Source: a bacterium (GTDB lineage Bacteria; Muiribacteriota; UBA6191). From it: 10,074 bases of DNA. The stretch is from NCBI GenBank assembly GCA_036339875.1, contig JAYZAC010000015.1, forward strand, positions 1-10,074. The letters run 5' to 3'. The notes beneath the pieces are model-generated. The model made no database searches. It was not told the origin of the DNA and saw only the letters and a program-made list of their open reading frames with translations. Positions 1-5,957 of this stretch are shown in pieces (within the stretch, counting starts at the first letter, position 1; each line of letters opens with the position of its first letter). Made by a program: the position numbers and the translations under genes.

Positions 1-186
1 CCTCCACCTGGGGGCGGTTACAATCCGGCGCCTCTAGGACCCTATCATCCTCCGGGTTCAGACCCCAATATGATTCCCCTACCACTAGATACAGCTCCAA
101 TGGCTCCTGGAAGCAGTAACTTGCAAGGTAGTGGATCTCAACTTCAATATAATGACAATACATTCTTAACAACAATTGGTGAATAG
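1..186 (+). CDS. 3' end of a hypothetical protein with Pro/Gly-rich low-complexity C-terminus (partial, starts upstream of window)
   Basis: Frame 1 is open from base 1 and reads PPPGGGYNPAPLGPYHPPGSDPNMIPLPLDTAPMAPGSSNLQGSGSQLQYNDNTFLTTIGE. It ends in tandem TAG TAG (184-189) that overlaps the Shine-Dalgarno of the next gene. Confidence 0.75.
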   Translation, partial: PPPGGGYNPAPLGPYHPPGSDPNMIPLPLDTAPMAPGSSNLQGSGSQLQYNDNTFLTTIGE

Positions 187-198
187 TAGGAGAAGCAA

Positions 199-978
199 AT
201 GGAACTAATAAGAAAATCTTTTATATTGGTGGGCCTGAGTATGCTTGCTTTGAGCTTGTGTTTTGCTGCGCAATCACCCATGACTAAATATAAATTAATT
301 CTCAATGCTGAGATGGGTGAAGAAACAATCAAAGGAAAACTCTTTTCAGAAATACTCAGAGATATGTCGTCGAATCAGACAAGACACGTAAAACTCTTGA
401 AGGAATGGAGTGACGAGAAAGTCTTAACTCATTATGGAAAATTGAACCCCAGGGGTATCAAGGATAAAGAGCAAGGCAATGCTGATCTTGTTCGTAAAAA
501 GCTGATTAAAAAAATTGAAAAGCGTAGTAAAACGCTAGCAAAAAAAGTATGGAGTGAACTTCAAGACAAATCTTTGGTACAGCTCAAGAACAACTTAAAG
601 CAAACAATTGAATTAGATAAAATCCATCAGAAGGAAACCGCTCACAAAATTTCAAAGATGGAAGCTAAGAGCAAGGGAAATCCAGGAGGCGCTCCCTCCT
701 CTCCATATTATTACCCAAACTATAATGGGTACTATAATTACTATGGATATAATTATCTGTATGATTACGGCAACTACACTAATCCTTATTACTACAGTTA
801 TTATTCTTACTATCCTAGCTATTATAATAACTACTACACTTATAACCCTTACCGCTACAATAGTTACTATTATGACTATTATTACTACCCTCGATACAAT
901 CGGACAGTTAACCTACTAGCGAGTGGACTTTTTGGTGTAGCAGCGGTGGGCTCTTTCGTAGATTGGTTATTTGATTAA
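199..978 (+). CDS. Hypothetical exported protein (259 aa): signal peptide, Lys/Glu-rich helical region, Tyr/Asn-rich tract, C-terminal hydrophobic helix
   Basis: AGGAG at 188-192 precedes ATG 199. The N-terminus MELIRKSFILVGLSMLALSLCFA resembles a Sec signal peptide. 35 of 64 codons at 706-897 are Tyr. The protein ends in LLASGLFGVAAVGSFVDWLFD and is followed by a terminator. Confidence 0.88.
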   Translation: MELIRKSFILVGLSMLALSLCFAAQSPMTKYKLILNAEMGEETIKGKLFSEILRDMSSNQTRHVKLLKEWSDEKVLTHYGKLNPRGIKDKEQGNADLVRKKLIKKIEKRSKTLAKKVWSELQDKSLVQLKNNLKQTIELDKIHQKETAHKISKMEAKSKGNPGGAPSSPYYYPNYNGYYNYYGYNYLYDYGNYTNPYYYSYYSYYPSYYNNYYTYNPYRYNSYYYDYYYYPRYNRTVNLLASGLFGVAAVGSFVDWLFD

Positions 979-999
979 GAAAATTTTCAAAATCTTTAG

Positions 1000-1027
1000 A
1001 GGACCGAGAAATTCTCGGTCCTTTTTT
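1000..1027 (+). terminator. Rho-independent terminator
   Basis: Perfect inverted repeat AGGACCGAGA (1000-1009) / TCTCGGTCCT (1013-1022) with a T run to 1027, about 20 nt after the stop at 978. Confidence 0.9.
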
Positions 1028-1136
1028 AATTTAACTCTTATAAATACTTTATTTTTGAACTTTTATTTAAACAATATGCAACTTCAAATTGTTAAAAACG
1101 TACTTACAATGAATCGAAAAGATTTTGGAGCTTTTT

Positions 1137-2942
1137 ATGAACCCATTCAAGCTATCAGTAATACTAATTAGTATTATGATTAGTAGTTCACTTATTTATG
1201 GTAGTGAACTCGTTACTGCTGGCGAATCCTCTATTAAAGTCCACTTTGGACCATTACAAAAAGGTAAGGAAGGAACTCCATTAGCACAGAAGTTTATTAG
1301 ATTTCTCGAAAGAGCTGAAAGTACCATAGACAGTGCCTTTTACGAAATTCGAGATCATCAAATCGTAGATGCTTTTATCGCCGCACACGAAAGAGGAGTA
1401 AGAGTTAGAATCTTACTGGATTCGGACCATTTCTTTCTTAAAGACCATTCCACACTTGAAATTGATTACAGTGATAACAACCCTTTTGCTAAACGCTTGA
1501 TACAAGCGGGTATCGATGTGCGTGAGGACGAAAAACGTTCTGGATTAATGCATAATAAGTTCTGTGTCATCGATCAAAAACTAGTATGGAATGGATCGTA
1601 TAATTTAACCAACACCGGAACTCAGCGAAATGAAAATAATGCCTTAGAGTTTCGTAGCATTAAATTATCGCGAATCTTCACACGAGAGTTCAACGAGATG
1701 TTTGAAAATAGGCGATTTGGAATCACTTCGCCCTCCACTCCAGATGAGCAAACAATTGATTTTGGTGGTCGTAGAGTAGAAGTATATTTCGGTCCAGAAG
1801 ATAACCCGTTAGAAAAAATAGTGAGGCATGTACGCCAAGCTCGACAAGGCGTATACTTCATGCAATTTGCCATGACGGCTAATGATCTTGGTGATTTATT
1901 GATCGAACAACACAATGCTGGAATAAAAGTTAAGGGAATTTTTGACAAGATATTGTATCGGAGCACTGGGCCTTATGCAGAATTCTCCAAATTAACTCGC
2001 AATGGAGTACCAGTGGTCGTTTATGATTCGGCCTTAAGGGGTAAACTGCATCATAAAGTATTCATCATCGATCCAAATGGTAGAAATCCTAAAGTGATTA
2101 CAGGTTCAATGAATGCTTCTAGTAATGGTAATTATTCGAACGATGAAAATATTTTAATCATTGAAGATCCTGTAATAACTAAAGAGTATTATCGAGTTTT
2201 CCGAGACTTGTTTGGTAGAACCTCAAGAGTAATGGCTAGCTTTAAGACTATCAAGCCATTAAAGGCCAATACAATTGTAAAACGTATAAGTCTTATGGTC
2301 ACTTCCAATGGCGTTCGAACCCAAAAACTCAACATTCAATTCCCTGCTCGTTGGCCTCACCAAAGTGAGGATTTAGGACTCAAAGTTTACCGGATGCGCC
2401 AAGGTAAAATGATTGATACCACTTCACAAGAAAATCTTATGATTACTAGTAAGAACATGTATATTCGTAGTGCAAATCTAACCTCAGGTGGAGAAGGTGC
2501 AATGCTTATGGTGAAAATGAGCAATGTACTTACACCAGAGATTCCAGGTATGTATAATATGTATATTAAGGCTAAATCAAAGTATCAAGCTTACTACCCA
2601 CTCAAAATACAACCTACGCTCGAAATTTTGGGTCAGAATGAAAAATCAGAGGTCTCAAATGAAAGCCAACTTCTCACAAAAATTATGCAGGGAAATTACC
2701 AACATTTAGAGCGTCTAATCCGTCACTGCCGTGACGGATACGGATGTAGAGATTTCACCGGAAGGTTTCTTGTTAGAAGTAAGCAAATTTTACGACAAAA
2801 AATCATCGTAGAAAATGATGTAATGGCTAGCAGAATCCTCGATGAGCTTAATAAATTGGATCGCGGTAATTTAGTGAATTACAGGTCAGAAAAGCTCCAA
2901 CTTTTATTTGGTAAATCGGAAGAACTGCCAAAAATAGACTAG
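1137..2942 (+). CDS. Secreted phospholipase D-superfamily protein with two HKD domains (Nuc/PLD6-like) and a ~240-aa C-terminal extension
   Basis: HxKxxxxD motifs HNKFCVID (1551-1574) and HHKVFIID (2049-2072), each followed by GSxN (GSYN, GSMN) and NxEN (NENN, NDEN). Hydrophobic N-terminal signal peptide. ATG 1137 is preferred over the track's TTG 1125 because GGAG (1127-1130) lies 6 nt upstream. Confidence 0.92.
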   Translation: MNPFKLSVILISIMISSSLIYGSELVTAGESSIKVHFGPLQKGKEGTPLAQKFIRFLERAESTIDSAFYEIRDHQIVDAFIAAHERGVRVRILLDSDHFFLKDHSTLEIDYSDNNPFAKRLIQAGIDVREDEKRSGLMHNKFCVIDQKLVWNGSYNLTNTGTQRNENNALEFRSIKLSRIFTREFNEMFENRRFGITSPSTPDEQTIDFGGRRVEVYFGPEDNPLEKIVRHVRQARQGVYFMQFAMTANDLGDLLIEQHNAGIKVKGIFDKILYRSTGPYAEFSKLTRNGVPVVVYDSALRGKLHHKVFIIDPNGRNPKVITGSMNASSNGNYSNDENILIIEDPVITKEYYRVFRDLFGRTSRVMASFKTIKPLKANTIVKRISLMVTSNGVRTQKLNIQFPARWPHQSEDLGLKVYRMRQGKMIDTTSQENLMITSKNMYIRSANLTSGGEGAMLMVKMSNVLTPEIPGMYNMYIKAKSKYQAYYPLKIQPTLEILGQNEKSEVSNESQLLTKIMQGNYQHLERLIRHCRDGYGCRDFTGRFLVRSKQILRQKIIVENDVMASRILDELNKLDRGNLVNYRSEKLQLLFGKSEELPKID

Positions 2943-2994
2943 TTTCAACCAATATTGTATTAATACCCCTCATAAGAGCGACGATGCTTTAGGT

Positions 2995-4266
2995 GTGAAT
3001 CAAGTAAAGTCAATCACTCTACCCAATGGCGTAACAGTCTTATACGAGCATATCGAACATATTCGCTCTGTCTTGCTTGGATGCTGGGTAAAACTTGGTT
3101 CCCGCGAGGAATCTAAAGATCTTTATGGGATGGCTCACTTTCTAGAACATATGCTCTTTAAAGGTAGCTCTAGGCGAAATGCCCGCGAAATAGCAGAAAG
3201 TCTCGAAGTGGTAGGTGGTGAACTAAACGGTTTCACTTCACGAGAAAATTGCTGTTATTACGGCAAAGTAACCAATGATAATCTTCCTCTAGTTTGTGAC
3301 GTTCTTTCTGATTTAATATTCAATCCTAAGCTCGATCGTGAAGAAATAGAATTAGAAAAAAATGTTATCTGCCAAGAAATTGATATGGTTGAAGATAGTC
3401 TGGAGGAAGTAGCCCATGAGACTTTAGTGGGTATTATGGTAGACGAGTCTTTAGGGCACCCCGTAATTGGAACAAAACAACATGTAAAATCTTTCACATA
3501 TAAAGAAGTAAAGAAATTCCATACCCACTTCTACCACCCAAAAAATATATTTTTAACCATGGTTGGTAATCTAAATGAGTATGATTTCGAATCAATAGCA
3601 TTGCGGGATTTTGGTCAAATCAATAGTACTGCAAACCCTATGAAGCATGTTGTTAATATAAGTTGTTCCAAACCTCAAAAAAAATTAGTTCAAAAAAGTG
3701 TAGAGCAAATGCATTTAGTAATGGGATGGGAAGCTTTTTCAGTTCAACATGAACTACGCTACGTATTACATTTGATTTCTGCTCATCTGGGCGGAGGAAT
3801 GTCTAGTATTCTCTTTCAAAAACTCAGAGAGGAACTAGGCTTGGTATACAATGTTTATAGTTTTATAAGAGCCTACAGAGATATCGGAATCTTTGGCGTA
3901 TATGCTGGTCATACATCAAATGAACTAAAAATAGTTCATGAAACAATCCTTGAAGTGATAGAGAACCTAAAAAATAAAGGCATAGAAGAGTCACGACTAA
4001 CGCAATTAAAATCACAACTCAAAGGAAATCTGTTACTTGGATTAGAAAAAACATCATTTAGGATGAACCGTATGGGAGTCGGCCATTTATATTTTGACCG
4101 TATTCTAAGTCCTGACGAGCTAATTAAAATGGTACAAGCTGTAACACAGAGTGATATCCGAAGAGTTGCCAACCAACTATTTGCAAAAGAATGTGCTTTA
4201 GTAGCAGTTGGAGACATAACCGAGAGCGAATTCATAAAATTCACACAGACAGGGAGTCAGTCATGA
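2995..4266 (+). CDS. M16 family (M16B, pitrilysin/MPP-like) zinc metallopeptidase
   Basis: Inverted zinc motif HxxEH (GMAHFLEHMLFKGS), ELNGFTSRE, downstream Glu ligand region (EKNVICQEI), Gly-rich GGGMSS and C-domain LREELGLVY. GTG start with only a weak SD, but the N-terminus TLPNGVTV matches the family's usual start. Confidence 0.95.
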   Translation: MNQVKSITLPNGVTVLYEHIEHIRSVLLGCWVKLGSREESKDLYGMAHFLEHMLFKGSSRRNAREIAESLEVVGGELNGFTSRENCCYYGKVTNDNLPLVCDVLSDLIFNPKLDREEIELEKNVICQEIDMVEDSLEEVAHETLVGIMVDESLGHPVIGTKQHVKSFTYKEVKKFHTHFYHPKNIFLTMVGNLNEYDFESIALRDFGQINSTANPMKHVVNISCSKPQKKLVQKSVEQMHLVMGWEAFSVQHELRYVLHLISAHLGGGMSSILFQKLREELGLVYNVYSFIRAYRDIGIFGVYAGHTSNELKIVHETILEVIENLKNKGIEESRLTQLKSQLKGNLLLGLEKTSFRMNRMGVGHLYFDRILSPDELIKMVQAVTQSDIRRVANQLFAKECALVAVGDITESEFIKFTQTGSQS

Positions 4267-4916
4267 AAAATTACGGAATAGTTAGTATATCGATGCTACT
4301 AATATGTATATCCACGGTAATTGGTAACGAGAGTACAACTAACCAATCACAATTAATCTTGAATGTTCCCAGTGGTGTAGATTTTGCCCGAGAGTCACTG
4401 AACTTAACAATACAGTTACCCAATAAAATAAAACCAAGTGAAGAAGCAAAAAAATTGCAAAGGTCGATTATTCGACGCAAGCATGATTTCGATTCTAAAC
4501 CATTCAAACGTATCTCATCAAAAAGTAGATTCGTACCAATTATGCGAAACTTTTCACGCAAAGGGATACTCACTTCAAAAACAGATAAACGTCAAGCTGA
4601 AAATCGCAAGGTTTTAAGCGTAGTCGCAGCTCGGATCGTAATCAGAGTTTATCAGGTTTTAAAGGAACTTAACGTTCGTAATTCATTAAGAAGTGCCGGA
4701 ATTCGTAAACAAGATATTCTAGATCTAAAAGAATTGGTGGATGAAAACCAAAAAGATATAAAAATGATGACTTACAGTCCAACTGAAATCCACAGCGACT
4801 TGGACCAATTACTACAAAAGGTAAATAAAACTACAGGCAAGGGTGCTATTCGAATTACGGGACTTCAAGAGAGCGACGACGGAACCACAATCAATCTATT
4901 TATAACGAAAGAGTAG
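4263..4916 (+). CDS. Hypothetical secreted basic protein (217 aa)
   Basis: ATG 4263 overlaps the M16 stop (ATGA) and has SD GGGAG at 4251-4255. This start gives a signal-peptide-like N-terminus MKNYGIVSISMLLICISTVIG. The track start at 4191 is probably too long. No recognisable motif. Confidence 0.78.
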   Translation: MKNYGIVSISMLLICISTVIGNESTTNQSQLILNVPSGVDFARESLNLTIQLPNKIKPSEEAKKLQRSIIRRKHDFDSKPFKRISSKSRFVPIMRNFSRKGILTSKTDKRQAENRKVLSVVAARIVIRVYQVLKELNVRNSLRSAGIRKQDILDLKELVDENQKDIKMMTYSPTEIHSDLDQLLQKVNKTTGKGAIRITGLQESDDGTTINLFITKE

Positions 4917-4948
4917 TTAAAAATAGGGCACTATTAAGGTAGTGCCCT
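4917..4948 (-). terminator. Rho-independent terminator for pspA (possibly bidirectional between convergent genes)
   Basis: 9-bp stem AGGGCACTA (4925-4933) / TAGTGCCCT (4940-4948) with a 6-nt loop. On the - strand it is followed by ATTTTTAA. It lies between the convergent stops at 4916 and 4966. Confidence 0.8.
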
Positions 4949-4965
4949 TCCGATGCTAGCTTTAA

Positions 4966-5739
4966 TCACCCTTTGAGTTCAGCTTTTAATTTTTCGAATT
5001 CATCATCAGCAGAATCAACGGCAACTTTACTCGATGCAGCATTATCGGAGCCAGTTTTGTCTTCAATGAGACCAGCTTCTGACTTAAGTGCCAGAAATTC
5101 AGCCTCAACCCCAGCATCAAAAGTTACGTCATCTAACTGATTATCGAGCATATCAGCATTTAGTTCTAATTGTGCTGTCGCTTGATCTTCAATGCCAGTT
5201 ATTTTGTCTTCCAATCGATCAAAAGCTTCAAAGTGACTACTGTCATCTAAACCCGTCATCTGCTCTGCTATTGCTTTCTGAGTTTTGGCCGTATGATGTT
5301 TTGCCTTCAATAAATTCTTCTTGGCCTCAGACTCTTTTACCTTTTTCTCTAACTTTCGCAAGTTACTTTTTAACTTTTCGACCATCTTACTTTGCGCGTC
5401 AAGAGACGCTTTGATCTGACTCGCAATCTGCTCATGATGCTTTTTCTTCTGCAAAGCCTCTTTTGCCAAATGATCATTACTTTCATCATCATCATTGAGT
5501 ATCTGCACTGCCTTCTGATGAAAGTTTTGAGCCTTCGCCACTTCCTTTTGATAATCTCTTTCAAGTTTTTTCTGATTAGCTATAGCCGAAGCTACGTGCT
5601 TTTTAGTACTTTTAAGCGCATCATTCATGTCACGTACCGTTTGATCGAGCATTTTCTCTGGATCTTCAGCACTGTCCAACATTGCGTTAACGTTACTAGA
5701 AAAAATTCTTTTAATTCTTTGCCACCAACTACCTGACAT
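4966..5739 (-). CDS. pspA: PspA/IM30 (Vipp1-like) family membrane-stress protein, bacterial ESCRT-III
   Basis: N-terminal amphipathic helix WWQRIKRIFSSNVNAML, family motif AEDPEKMLDQTVRDM, LAKEAL, AFDRLEDKI and a long coiled coil. SD AAGGAG on the - strand at about 5747-5752. Confidence 0.95.
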   Translation of the reverse strand: MSGSWWQRIKRIFSSNVNAMLDSAEDPEKMLDQTVRDMNDALKSTKKHVASAIANQKKLERDYQKEVAKAQNFHQKAVQILNDDDESNDHLAKEALQKKKHHEQIASQIKASLDAQSKMVEKLKSNLRKLEKKVKESEAKKNLLKAKHHTAKTQKAIAEQMTGLDDSSHFEAFDRLEDKITGIEDQATAQLELNADMLDNQLDDVTFDAGVEAEFLALKSEAGLIEDKTGSDNAASSKVAVDSADDEFEKLKAELKG

Positions 5740-5817
5740 CTTATGTCTCCTTAAAACTACTACTTAATGCACTGATTAAAGAATGACTAACTTATAGTAT
5801 AGCCTACTATGCATGGG

Positions 5818-5846
5818 AGTTTAGCACCTGATATAGGGGATTGCAA
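5818..5846 (-). promoter_or_regulatory. Putative sigma70-type promoter for pspA
   Basis: On the - strand: -35 TTGCAA (5846-5841), 17-nt spacer, extended -10 TGc-TAAACT (5826-5818). Predicted start site near 5811, about 70 nt before the ATG. Confidence 0.6.
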
Positions 5847-5847
5847 A
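5821..5847. promoter_or_regulatory. CIRCE-like (HrcA operator-like) inverted repeat
   Basis: TTAGCACCT-N9-GATTGCAAA versus consensus TTAGCACTC-N9-GAGTGCTAA: 7/9 matches in each arm with exact 9-nt spacing, overlapping the putative pspA promoter. Confidence 0.45.
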
Positions 5848-5957
5848 ATGTGCACACCTATCGTTAAAAATTAAATCAACAATTTAATAAAATTTTCTGG
5901 ATTCCCAATTTTTTAGTCTACTGTGACGATATAAATTCAAAATACACTAATATTACA

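Noticed and set aside
706..897. TAY/AAY-rich tract as a DGR template/variable repeat, CRISPR array or microsatellite
   Set aside because: There is no second copy differing at adenines, no reverse transcriptase, no repeat-spacer periodicity and no fixed repeat unit. Tyr/Asn codons explain it.
725..919. 64-aa Ile/Thr-rich ORF
   Set aside because: Shifted-frame shadow of the Tyr/Asn codons in 199..978.
1083..1110. Possible promoter for the PLD gene (TTCAAA-N16-TACAAT)
   Set aside because: The -10 is good but the -35 is weak, in very AT-rich DNA. Not distinguishable from chance.
971..1171. 66-aa ORF
   Set aside because: It runs through the terminator hairpin and AT-rich intergenic DNA, overlaps both neighbours and has no SD.
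1137..4916. PLD + peptidase + hypothetical protein as an anti-phage defence or toxin-immunity system
   Set aside because: The PLD has a signal peptide and no helicase, ATPase or methylase partner, M16B is a common housekeeping peptidase, and there are no secretion-system or mobile-element markers.
5794..5810. Short hairpin ATAGTA-N5-TACTAT in the pspA leader
   Set aside because: A 6-bp AT-rich stem is too weak to call as a regulatory RNA element.
5841..5860. Possible sigma54 promoter for pspA (GGTGTGCACATTTTGCA on - strand)
   Set aside because: The spacing is GG-N12-GC rather than the required GG-N10-GC.
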